This document shows, piece after piece, positions 37,882 through 49,314 of a DNA stretch of 64,000 bases. Each line of letters starts with the position of its first letter. Position 1 is the first letter of the stretch. The position numbers and the translations under genes were made by a program. The stretch lies in contig CP110439.1 of NCBI GenBank assembly GCA_026914245.1, forward strand, positions 8,742,001 through 8,806,000, written 5' to 3'. The DNA is from Puccinia triticina (taxonomy: Eukaryota). A model generated the notes under the pieces. The model was given only the letters and a program-made list of their open reading frames with translations, did no database searches and was not told the origin of the DNA.

Positions 37882-39378
37882 ATGTCCGACACCCAGATGA
37901 ACAAAGCCCCCTTGCCTCCTCAACAAGATGATCGATCGGATCCGCTTGACCCATTGCCCCTGAACAGGACGACCGAAGATCCCTTGCCTTTTGAGGAAAT
38001 ATTGGAAGTCAACACAGAAAAATCATCGTCGGGAGGAGCCGGGCGAGTGCTCAAGAACAAAGCAGGCCAGCTTACCTTGAATACAAAAATTATTGAGATG
38101 GCTCATGACAAAACGATCGAAATGTTGAAGAATCGGTCGGCAGCAGTATACGGTCCCCAGCCGCCAAAGCAAGTCCAACTGGACTCCGTTATCGATTTAA
38201 TTCACCGTCGTGATACTTTTGTCCTCGCCGGGACAGGAGTTGGGAAGACACGGATCGCTGAGATGTATTGGGATCTATTTCCCAAGTATAAAAAGCCAAT
38301 CGTCTTGGCATTGAACCCTCTGGACTCTCTCGGTGATAATCAGGTATGCACTGTTGTCAAATCAATACAAGAAGTCAGACTAAACTCTGCTACATATGTA
38401 GGTACAGGAGAAAAAGAATTTAAATATATCAGCGATCAATCTGACAAAGATGAACTTGAACGAGACCGTTGAAAAAGATATACTGAAGGGGGTTTATTCT
38501 TTTATCTACCTGGTAAGCCAATGGATTGGCTAGCGTTGGAAAGAATATTTGAGCTGACAGTTTGGCAGAGCCCCGAGGTGTTGTTGAACAATGCCATTTT
38601 CAGTAGGATTTTTTACAACGAAACGTTCCAGGATCGAGTTTCGTTGGTGGTGGTAGATGAAGCACACATGATCTATGTATGGGGCTTGGTGGCCAGCGGA
38701 AAATCTAAGAAGCTTTTTTCGCATGGGCGGCATCAGGATTGGGCGGTTTTTCGGCCATCGTATGGAGACATTGCGGCCCGGCTTCTAGGAATTAATGCGC
38801 CGTTACTCCTTCTATCAGCCACCTGCCGGCCACAAGCAATCAAAGGAATACTCAAGAGCCTGAAGATAACAGAAGAATCTATGTCTTACCGGCGCGCAGA
38901 ACTCAGTCGACCAGAAATCCGCATCATCCGGGTGCCAATGAAGTGTTCGCTGAAGTCATGCGACGACCTCCTACAACTATATGGCCCGCGTTCCTGCATC
39001 CCCGACAACGAGATAATACCTACATTGATCTACTCAAACACTCGTAATCTTACAATGCAGGCTTCCAAGGTCGTCCACGAGGCCAGGCGGATTCCGGGTG
39101 GCCACGGAGATGCTAACAGTACCTTTGCCCGGAGGTTCCACGCATGTTCGGGTGACGTGAGCAAGGAGGAGACCACCACGAAGTTTGCGGCTGGGGAATT
39201 TCCGGTGATCTCATGTACGATGGCCCTGGGCCTCGGTCAGAATTGGAAACGGGTCCGTTCCGTAGTTCACGTTGGACGAGGTGATCCCGCATCCATTTGC
39301 CAGATGATTGGCCGCTGTGGGAGAGGTGGTTCCAATGGATTAGCTATCTTATTTGTTGAAAAAAATCGCGATGGAGGT
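37882..39378 (+). pseudogene. RecQ-like SF2 helicase of AcademH, 3'-truncated
   Basis: AGTGVGKT, VVVDEAH, LSATC, CTMALGLGQN and QMIGRCGRGG, with two introns. Ends at the deletion junction. Confidence 0.88.
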
Positions 39379-40455
39379 ACCCCCAGGTACCGTGGAACAT
39401 GCTACTTTGATTATCAACGGATTTCTCGTGTACGGCCTCTTGAAAATCGAGGTTGTTGATGCAGATTAGGGGACAGAATTTGGGAGACGCCGCTGGACCT
39501 AGCTTCATGTCGTTCTTGATTTTTTGTTCAGCTTTCTTTCCAAGCGTGCGCAATGCCGAATGAGCGGTCTGACGACAGGAGCTCAATCCGATAAAGTTGA
39601 GGTATTTGTTCACCCGATCTGAGATGCCACAGGCGACGAAGGTGATGGCATTTTCCAGCTGCATTGAGTTTTTGCGCCGGTTGGAAGTAAATGTGACCAT
39701 CGAACAAATAGTTTTAGATATCTGCATACAAACAAACAACTACATACTTCAACAACAAACCAATGAAAGATGCAGACAAGAAACAGACATACAACATGGG
39801 CTCGGTGAATCTTTGCTGCAGCTTTAGCGTCCTGATCCATCTCGACAGGCTCGTCAAAGGGACCCCGGAGAGAGTCGGTGTCGTCCTTGTCATCTTCATC
39901 GGTGTCTGAATCGTCGTCCTTCATAGCGGACTGGTGCAAGATTTTCGACTTGAGGAGCCGGTAAAGAAAAGGATGTTCCTCGTCGATCATCTGCTTGTCC
40001 CTCTTCGCTTGGTTTTCCTCGCTGAAAAAATCAGCCTTGATCGTTTTCGAGCTGTAATATAGGCCTCGAGGATTTTCGCGTTTCTCATCAACTTTGAGAA
40101 TTTTCTGGGCCTGAATGTCAACAAAAAATCAAACTATTAGTGATGAATTGCTCAATCAAGGTGCCTGTCTCTGTAAAACACTTGCCTCGCGAAGAATGAA
40201 ACCGCCCCAGTTTTTCTCGCCGGGTTCGTGAGAGCATATCATCGTACCAATTGCCTCAAGAAGGATCCTCGTGGAGTCCCAGCCATCATCCGACCAAAGC
40301 CGACGCCGACTGACTATGCTGATTTCTTCTTGCTCCACGAAAGCAAGGAAGAATTGCTTTGGCGACATCTTGAGTGAATTCATTACCTCACAAATGTAGG
40401 AAACTTTTGATGCCTCGGTCGACAGGTCGGTCGGTCGTTCAGGTGGCGGGAGCAT
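39371..40455 (-). pseudogene. AcademH transposase (DUF6589-like) N-terminal part, 3'-truncated
   Basis: Three exons (the first intron has a GC donor), then NRR.N..QLEN..F.ACG.S.RVN.YL..IGL and CINNLDF..FHGTWGYLH. The expected DN reads NN. Confidence 0.72.
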
Positions 40456-40985
40456 CTTGAGTTTTTGGTTGGCTGAGTATATTGACCGATCAAGGATTAT
40501 GATCGGATGATCGGATGGAGACAGGAGGAGGATGTATGCGGATTTGCAGGTTTACCGAGTAATATGAGCTTTTCGGTAGTTTTATGACGTTCCTCCTTGA
40601 TAAGCATAATTATGCTTCAAGTGTGGCTGCGCTCGGTCCCTGTGATAAAATCAAGATTCGAAATCTTGAACTTCAGATTTTTTTTTCCAATGGAAGCAAT
40701 CATGATTGTGCACCTAAAAAAATACCAAAAATTCGAAAAGATGTAGATGTTTGTTGTATCAAAACGTAGAAAGAATCTACAGAGTAGTGAAGGCGTGGTG
40801 ACGGAAAGCATAGCGCTCCCAGACAAACACTCATGGAAAACGCTCACGCGAGAAAAGCGTTTTTGTATGCAAGTCCCTCCCTCCGGGAGGGGTCGCTTCG
40901 CGACCAGCCAAATGCTGCACGGCCCGCAGGAGGCTGGGACCTTGTGTTAAGTTCGACCATCTCACCAACACCGCATCAATGCATC

Positions 40986-42783
40986 ATGTCCGACCGAGGG
41001 CCCTCATCAGCAGAGCCCATCCAATCGGGCTCATCGACTCCGCCAGGCAGCCCTTCGCCATCGCTCTCAACCGACGAACACTCGAAACTCTTGAAGATCT
41101 GGTCCCGGAATTTACGCTTCCCGGCGGCTGCCCAGCCCGAAATTAGTTGAGCCATCAACATCCTTCTCAGATATCACCGCCAGACCAATTGATATGTTGG
41201 ATGGCTGAGCTTTACTCTCTGGAATCTTTCCTATCAGTCAGAGCGGATCAGAAGGATGCCTATTTTGTCGACTCCCTGCAAGATCAGATTGAACCCTTGG
41301 TGAGGGCTATGAAAGGTAAACACCTGTTGTATTACTACTGCCATTGTTGATTCTTAAACCTATTTATTCCCTCTGCGTGTAAGGTTCTCGATGGGTCAAT
41401 AACAATTCGGCAAAACTACAGGAAGCTAGCAAATTGATTTACTTATCATTGACCACCTTACCAGGTCCGTTCATCTCCTTTGCTGTGCAAAAATCCACCA
41501 TCTGAAATATCTTCGCTTTCATACCTTCTTGCTATGCATCATTCAAATTTTATGATCCTTCTTCTCCACCTCTTGACACCACTCAGGTTCTCAAACTCTA
41601 GGAGAAGAGTATTGCGATATTGTTCAATTTGATGCATTCACCAACACCCTTCCTCCCCTATACGTAAGTTGCGAGCTCATCATCATCTCACTGTGCCCAA
41701 ACAAAAGTTACATATTCCGAGGTATTGACTGGTTTTCGGTCTGGTATTAATACGACAAGCGCAGAGTGATTTTGATATTTGTTGAAGTATTTTCTGCGAG
41801 GTTGTTGGCCAAACTCTACGATCGTATCCGACAATACATAGCAAGATTGAATGATCGGTACTCAACAAGCAATGAAGATCATGCCTCAGAACCCTCTCAA
41901 AGCGAATCAAGGTTCGAATCAGCCAAGAAGCAGTTGTGCCTATTACTAGGTTATCTTCCCAACAGTCTCGATCGGTCCACCCTCGATTCTTGCAACGCTT
42001 TGCACCTCTCCATCTTTTATTTGACCGGAAAATATTTTACGTGGACCAAGCGATTCAGTGGGATTACTTATGTGTGTTTGATCAACGAAGAATTGAAGCT
42101 GGAGCTTTTGTATTTGTGCTTACACGGCCTTACTTTTCTTTCCCAATTGCAGATCTCCGACCGACTGAGACCATTGAGACCAGATGGACTTGGTCGAGAG
42201 TCACCGCCATCGTACGAGGTCTTGGGGGTGCTCATGATGATCCAAGTAGCCGTTAAGGTCTTGGAAACGCACCGACAAGTCAGGCGGAGACGTGAGCTGT
42301 TACGACTAGCTTCAGAACCGGCACCAGTTCTCGACGAAAAAGAGAGCGACCCCAAGAAATCAAAACGAGTGCTCACGGTTGATGGACGCTTGATTGACGA
42401 GATCATGATCGAACCTGAAGAAGAGGACGATGATGGCTTGGGCGAAGAGCCTGAGAAGGAAAAGCTAGAGGAACAAGATATCGTAGAAGATTGTCCGGAG
42501 GGTGTCTTGATTGATGATCTATCTGACCAAGTCACCACTCGACGATGTACGCTGTGCTTGGGGCCTCGAAAAGAACAAACCAGTTTGGAGTGTGGTCATG
42601 TATTTTGTTGGAGATGTCTTGTCAGTTGGGTAAGAGAAAAAGTAAGCCCTTCTCCTTTTTTACATCTCGCAAATGCATCCGGCTTATCGCTTTTGTTTTA
42701 CTTCTCTGTAACTGTAGCCCGAATGTCCTCTCTGTCGCCATTCCGTCTATGTGGCCGAACTGCTCCCTTTGTATAACTTCTGA
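40986..42783 (+). CDS. PEX10: Peroxin 10 (RING-finger peroxisomal E3 ligase), multi-exon
   Basis: FPAAAQPEI|IRADQKD, QTLGEEYCDI, PPSYEVLG, and the RING CTLC..CGHVFCWRC..ECPLCR. Confidence 0.93.
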
Positions 42784-42944
42784 TGCCAGGTCCGCTACCG
42801 CGCCTTGGTGACAAACACCAAGAAACATCAAATCTTTACAAGTGGGAAATCTGAAGAATGTGTACATGTAGCCTATCTTGTTCTATTTATCTGAAAAGTG
42901 TCTATGAAAGAGAGTTGCAACCTTGTCATGTCAGCACAGTGAAA

Positions 42945-43059
42945 GGCCTTTATGAACAACTTTTCAAAACAAGTTAAGAGTTGTTCTGATTGCCAAGGAA
43001 AACCCAAATGTGGACACTGGACAGCTTAACAATTTTTTGAAAAGTTATTAATAAAGGCC
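42945..43059. mobile_element. Small MITE-like inverted repeat
   Basis: ggcctttatgaacaacttttcaaaa / ttttgaaaagttattaataaaggcc. Confidence 0.6.
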
Positions 43060-43118
43060 TTAAAATTGGCTCTAAAGTTTTTCTAAATTTCTATTATGAA
43101 CCACCCTATTATACTTTA

Positions 43119-43269
43119 GGCCCTGTTTGAATGCCCTGTTATTGATAAATGAGCAAATTTATCACATGCAACACAAATTTCACCCCCTGTCTTCACCAAA
43201 TTTTATGAACCCCTGGGGTCATATGTGAACACACATTTATCATTTATAATGTGGCATCCAAACGGGGCC
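43119..43269. mobile_element. Tourist/Harbinger-like MITE
   Basis: TIR ggccctgtttgaatgcc / ggcatccaaacggggcc with a TTA TSD on both sides. Confidence 0.85.
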
Positions 43270-43380
43270 TTAGTTTTCACTAATCTTACAATAATTTTAT
43301 CAAGGCAGTGGAATGAAACATGCAATAATTTGAGTTTTTTTTTGTTGATAAAAGCTGTAAATTGGGCTTGGCAATGTTCC

Positions 43381-44107
43381 ATTTATGGTCTTCAAAGTTG
43401 AAATTCATTCATGCATAATAGGCCGGTTCATGTTGGGCTTTGACTAGCAAGATTTTAATTACAATCATGCACGTTTAATGTCAGCTCTTGCTGAAAGGCG
43501 GACTCCCACGGCCATTTTTAAGCTTTTTAAGCTTACTTTTTTATCAATCAGCACCACCAATTTTAGTCGGGGGCATAAAATGCCCCAGTGTGAACCAGGC
43601 TAATGTGTAAATCATAAATTCACAAAACATTGTTTGCAGGGAGATCTCCCCAATCTGCTTATGTAATCTTTGGTTTGCTTAGAGGACCCTGGCAAGCCCT
43701 AAGATAGGGGGGTGTTGAAAAAGTCTGAATTTTGGCAAAATTCACACCCAGGGACTGTTTTTTTGGCAAATACATACCTTTTAAAGAGTATGCTTGCCCT
43801 AAAGTCCCCTGAAAAGGTGGGATCCCCAAGGCAATAATGGGGCCAAGCCTGAACCATAGATTTCATCAGTGTTGATCCATTTTGCATACCCAAAACGGGC
43901 TATTTCAAGAGTACCTTTGGGCAAAATTCTTCAGTTCATACCTCTTTTGAGAGTATGATATTGGGCTTGTTGCCCATTTGACTTAGATTTTTCAACACCC
44001 TACTATATGCTGGCTTGCAGGGGTCCTTTTCCTAGCCAACAAAGCTTTATGGATTTATGATTTGCACATTTAGGCATGCATGAATTTCATCTTTGAAGAC
44101 CATAATT
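43381..44107. mobile_element. Old fold-back element with long imperfect arms, containing a nested MITE at 43420-43601
   Basis: tatggtcttcaaagttgaaattcat..aaatcataaat pairs with atttatgattt..atgaatttcatctttgaagaccata. The inner MITE aggccggttca..tgaaccaggct is flanked by AAT/AAT. Confidence 0.65.
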
Positions 44108-45720
44108 GGCCATCCTGCACTGATATCCTCAAGTTTTGAATGTAATCAAAAGAAGAAGACATATTACAGATTTCAAGATGTTAATGTTGAAAAAATATTG
44201 GAGACATACCTGTAGAGTACTCTGCCACTGGTGGTGCTGTGGGAGAACTCAATATTATATTGGTTGCCCCTTGTCAGCCTTACCACAGGGGGTTGCAACC
44301 AATTCAGCCCCTTTTGCAGTGTTAACACCATCATCAATCCTCCCCAATTAGGAAAGACCTCCTTACCCTTCAAATATGGTATGTCATCCACCAAAAACCT
44401 ACTGTTACACTAATAATTTGAATGGTGCACTTGATGTGATAAACTGGGGCTGGAGCAGCATAGCAAGGCAAGTGAGTGTGTTGGAAAGGATGATTTTCAT
44501 TGCAAAATAAAGAAGGAAAAGACAAGGAAGTAAACTATACCTGGAGCAGCAGAGTGAGCTGAGTGAGTGTGTTGGAAAGGATGAGGAAAAGGGCCTTTCC
44601 AACAGCTGCTCCTTCAGGTTAAATAGAGATACGAGATGAACTACAAGAGGTCACAATGTGTGATATGTATGTTAAAAGACAACAAATCGCAACTGCAACA
44701 GCACCATGTACCATTGGCCAGAACCTGAAAGTGTAGCAGATATTTCTCCGCTACACTCAACACTTTCAGATATTCATTGAAATCCAAAGGACTTTTTTTT
44801 GTGTCTAGTCTGAATTAATTTTGTCCTGTGATTGGCCAGAAGGGATGAGTAAGTTCTATGGATATCACATTTGATTGTGCGGTTAACAAGGAAGTTGAGG
44901 GTACCTGACTTCCTCCTAGGTCTCGTTACGTAGTACTCCTTTCTCAGTTAAAGGGTTGGACATCAAGCAAGACTAGTGGTACATCCACAATTGAATCTGC
45001 GGCCGATGGGGCTTACCCGCGTCATCGCCCCCCACATATTACTGCGTTCTATGTATACTCTCATTATTTTGAGCGATCTCAGCCTCTCGAATGGCCTTTC
45101 TAAGAGCCTCCGACTTGTACTTCTTCGGGCGGGTCACCGCCAGCAACATTCTCAGAATGTTGTGCGCTTTAGAAGCTTCAACAATTTTAATGCGGATGTC
45201 TCTTTTGTTGTAGGCTTGAATATAAAGGTTTTCTGTTGTGTGTGCTGGTAGGGTTGCTTGGTCGTGGCATCTGCCGAGACACAAAGGTTGTGTGCTCCGT
45301 ATCACAGCACATCGCAGTAATTTCTGCTGTGTATAGACAGCTCGCTTCTGAGTTCTGCCCCGCCGGAACTGCCGCGGCCCATGAGCCCAGTCTTCATATC
45401 TCCTCCCAAAGGAAGACTATCAAGTCTGCAGGGCTGGTTTGAGTACCACAAGTCCGTCGATTTCCATTCGACTTACATATTTGCAGCTCGAGTTTGAAAA
45501 ATGCCCATCTGGCTTCCTAGTTTGGCCGGCTGTCTTGCCCCGAAACTCGGAGGTTTTACTCATCTTTTGCCACCTTCGGAAGTTACCAGTCAGTCATGTC
45601 TCCTTACTCCCCCTCCCTTCGCATAAATCCGACTTGATACCTGGGCGAGTGGCGGTTTGAATATAATTTTTATTTTCGACTTGATCTCAACCTGGATGGA
45701 CTCTCCTAAACGTTAACCAT

Positions 45721-46334
45721 GTCTCCAAGATCTACGCTTCACTCGGAAAGCCCAAGGACTCTTACAACAAAGTAAGACAATGCAAGGTTTTTTTCTTCAT
45801 CAAAGCGACTATAACGATTTCCTGATCACTAGCACTACTGGCGTTGAATGTCTGTTTTGACTCTAGCTTCAGCAATTGGGGGTGTCTTTTGTTGGTGGCT
45901 ATTTTGCCGGCATCTTCTGCGCTGTTGTCTCACAGTGAGTGCAAGCATTTCAGGTCAAAAATCTTCCCCCCTTAACTTGGCCGCTAAGATTCTTCGAGGG
46001 TTTCTTTTTCTTCTTCTTTCAAGTCCTGCCGATACTATGGTGTCAAAGTTGAATGCAGTTGGTAAGGAGGGCTCATCAAAGCCCACAGTCCGTTCAATCT
46101 ACAAGGAAATTGGATCCGGAGGTCTCTGGGCTGGTCTCGGTACCCGTATCATGATGATTGGGACTCTGACGGCTTTGCAATGGTACGCGCCCTCAACCTA
46201 GCGCTTCGTTGATTCAAAATGTGGGACAACTGATTTTTTTTAAAAAAAATCTTACTTTCAGGCTTATCTATGATTACGTGAAAGTTTCTTTCGGATTCCC
46301 CACCACTGGATCAGCTGAACCTATCAAAAAGTAA
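45721..46334 (+). pseudogene. 5'-truncated paralogue of the mitochondrial phosphate carrier (last four exons)
   Basis: VSKIYASLGKPKDSYNK|LQQLGVSFVGGYFAGIFCAVVSH|PADTMVSKLN..GTLTALQW|LIYDYVKV, with the same intron positions as 49315-49890. No upstream exons found. Confidence 0.85.
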
Positions 46335-46714
46335 AACAGAAAAACTATATATGACTCTTGAACTTCTTGTCATAATCCCCACGTCTTTTTATGCATCCAA
46401 TTCTGCCTTTGTTGTGAAAGATGGAACCCGGAAATCATATCGAACCGATGATTTCGGCGCGGATGCCCTCCCCCCCAAAAATGAAAGAAGCCTGGAATGC
46501 CTTGAATGGAGGCGTCCAAGTGTAGATGGCCTGGGCAACAGTGATTGCTCGCGGATTGCGCCGTAGCTTTGGCACAGGCACTGTCTGATAGTCGAGCTAA
46601 CTTTACTAGCAAACAATGCTGGGTAAGGAAGGCTGAAGCTCGGAAATTCCGTACCAGTCCGCAACCCATCTGCTGTGGTATGAAAACGCTCAAAACATGT
46701 TTTCCAACGTCAGT

Positions 46715-46828
46715 GCCTTCGTGGCTCAGCTGGTTAGAGCGCCGGTCTCATATCTGTCCTTCATGAACAATGTGATTGTCGTTGGACAAGTCATCCGGAG
46801 ATCGCCAGTTCGATCCTGGCCGAGGGCA
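46715..46828 (+). tRNA. tRNA-Met(CAT), elongator type, with a 40-nt intron (46753-46792)
   Basis: Acceptor GCCTTCG/CGAGGGC-A, D arm GCTC/GAGC, anticodon CAT at 46749-46751 with U31:U39, T arm GCCAG-TTCGATC-CTGGC, and a T-run at about 46860. Confidence 0.93.
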
Positions 46829-46969
46829 TTATGCTGGCATTCCGCAGATGTCATACTTCTTTTTTGATCCGATTGAGTTGATGGATATGCTTAGAAGATT
46901 ATAAAAACAAAGTCATGATGACACATGAATGCAGCTGGCATGACAGACTGAGCCAGTCCCGCCATTCTA

Positions 46970-49067
46970 CACGGCGGGGGTGCTTCCTGGCCCGCGCGTT
47001 TGTGGAGAATCCCCCCGTCGTCTCCACCCTCCCATGGAAAATGCGTGGAGACGGCGGGCTTTCCCGTTGTCTCCACCCGCCTGGGATTTCCACGTCATTC
47101 CAATGGGGAAAATGACGAGGATTCCACGGCTGCCCCTGGGATCCCGGTGGAAACTGTCCCCGTGAGCTCCTCGTTGTTCTCAACGACAAGGAACCCACGG
47201 AGGCCCTTGCATTGCCGGTGTTAGGGTTATTTCAGTGATATTGGCTGGGTCGTGTGCGTCTTGAAGACAATCAAAGGCTCCCAAGGGAAGCGACGACTTG
47301 GCCTCGCCACCCCGCCCTTCCTCACGGCCCCCGGAGGTGGGCACAGCCAGGTGGCTCGCTTCAATGCATTTCATCCGGCGTCGGCGAGGCGCTCAAGAAG
47401 GCGCTGCCCGATAGCGACATGGGCGGCCGGACCCAAGGCTTCGTCACTAACGTGTGTTTCTCTCTCACTCTCTTTTCTCCTGCGCCCCCAAACCACTGAT
47501 CCACCATCACCCCACCGCCGTGTAGCGGCGGCTCTTGTTGTCCGCCTCAGACGCCTTCGGACGGGTCATGTACTCGTACAAGGACGTCAGCGAGCTGGCC
47601 GGCTACACCGCCCGGGTCTCCGAGCTCTTTGACACCATGAAAAGCATCAAGCGCGGCCAGTACGAGAAACGCAAAGTCGGCTCCGCCAACACCGACAACT
47701 CCCAGCAAAGTCCGTCTTTCCACGACCCTTTTGGCTGACACACACTGACAACTATCCGGGGGGTTTGTCTTGTAGTGCTTCAGCAGCGCTGACAGGTGGT
47801 GGAGTCGGAGGACGAGATCATCTTTGATTGGGTGCCGATCATCTTGCCCAACGGAGACGTGCTGGTGAAAAGTCTGAGTTTCCATGTGAAGCCGGGGGTG
47901 AGAGAGTTTGTTCGCGGAAAAGTGAGGGATGGGGTAGAGAGAGAAGCTGACACTTGGAATGCTGCAGCAACACCTGTTGATAGTGGGCCCGAACGGGTGC
48001 GGGAAGTCGTCGCTGTTCCGGATCCTGGGCGGATTATGGCCGGTGTATGGGGGCGTGGTGACAAAGCCTGCGGCCTTGGAGTTCACCTACATCCCCCAGC
48101 GCCCGTACCTCTCTCCCTGGGCACCCTGCGCGACCAGCTCATCTATCCCGACTCGCGCGCAGACATGGCCGCCCGCGGCGTCTCCGACGACGACCTCCTC
48201 CGCATCCTTGCCATCGTCAACTTGGACACCATCGTCCAGCGCGAGGGCGGCTGGGATGTCGTCAGGGAATGGCAAGATGCGCTCAGCGGCGGCGATAAGC
48301 AGCGGCTCGCCATCTGCAGACTCTACTACCATTCCCACAAGGTACTCCTTCCCTCTATTCCCGATGGCATGGGTTGCTTACTCTGCCCCACTCACATGTT
48401 GTTGTTAGTATTCTATTCTCGACAAATGCACGTCCGCGGTCACGCTCGATGTGGAGAAGATCATGTATGAACACGAAGCTGGTGGCCCGGCTGGAGCAGC
48501 TTGAGGAGACCCGGCTCAAGAACCTCGAGGGCCCGTTGAGCATGAGAAAAACACACAATTTCCTGTTGATCAGGAATCAACATTGCTTATTGATCCTTTT
48601 TTCCTTCAACAAAACTTTCTTTATTTCTTGCTTCTCTTTGTGACTTGTTTTTTTTTTATCTATCAATCCCTTTTTTTATGTTTTTACGATGATATGCAAT
48701 GCAGCTGTGGTACCCTGGTGGTACCACATTCTGCAATATTACCCGCGTTTTTGATCCGCTCCGCGGACCACCTTTGGTGGTCCCCACGGAAAGCTGAGGT
48801 GCGTGGGTATCACGGCAAATTCACGGGGAGTCCACGGTTGAAGGACCCGTGATCCACCCGTGGGCCCGACCTTCACGTCGGGATCACAGGGAATCCACGG
48901 GGAATCCACGCGGAGCCAAAAGCTGACGTGGAATCCACGGGTGAACCTCCCGGTGGTGACCCCGTGATTCCCTGGACCTCCAGCCGCTGGTCCGACCTCG
49001 CGCGGGGCTACCACGTGGAGTCCTCGTGGATTCTGCGTGATTTCCCCGTGGATGGACTCCCCGGGTG
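46970..49067. mobile_element. Putative non-autonomous CACTA/CMC-like (Pack-type) element
   Basis: TA-CAC...GTG-TA ends with short imperfect TIRs. Both ends are dense in ccacgg/ccgtgg-like subterminal motifs and enclose a host gene fragment. Confidence 0.5.
47375..48545 (+). pseudogene. Fragment of a peroxisomal ABCD half-transporter (PXA2/PMP70-like), introns retained
   Basis: [59 protein letters not shown] and ILDKCTSAV (Walker B E->K). Frameshift near 48110, deletion near 48475, no 5' half. Confidence 0.88.
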
Positions 49068-49314
49068 TAGGAGAAAGAAACCCTCCGCAGCTGCTTGCAC
49101 GAGAAATTATCACGCTCCGGCTGAGGAGGCGCGGAGGCAGAGGGCTAAAAGACGCGTGCAGACATGACTATAATGTCGAAGAGCATCACAGGATGTTTTG
49201 AAGGCGGGAAGATGATGTTTAAATTTTGATTTCAAAGGGTGCAAAACTACGATGTATGGGGACAAGCGGTGATTATGGTACTTCAAAAAAACAAACATTG
49301 AGATACTATGATCC

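Larger units (their letters stand above)
37373..40955. mobile_element. AcademH-type DNA transposon, internally deleted (3.6 kb)
   Basis: 9-bp TSD ACCATCTCA (37364-37372 and 40956-40964), termini cgagcttaac / gttaagttcg, and convergent RecQ-like helicase and transposase genes, which is the described AcademH organisation. Confidence 0.88.

Noticed and set aside
37882..39459. Host RecQ/SGS1 or telomere-linked helicase gene
   Set aside because: It lies inside a 9-bp-TSD element opposite a transposase and is truncated, so it is the AcademH helicase.
44976..45660. Short ORFs upstream of the carrier fragment (also 53570-54630 and 55598-56337)
   Set aside because: No recognisable domain or consistent splice model.
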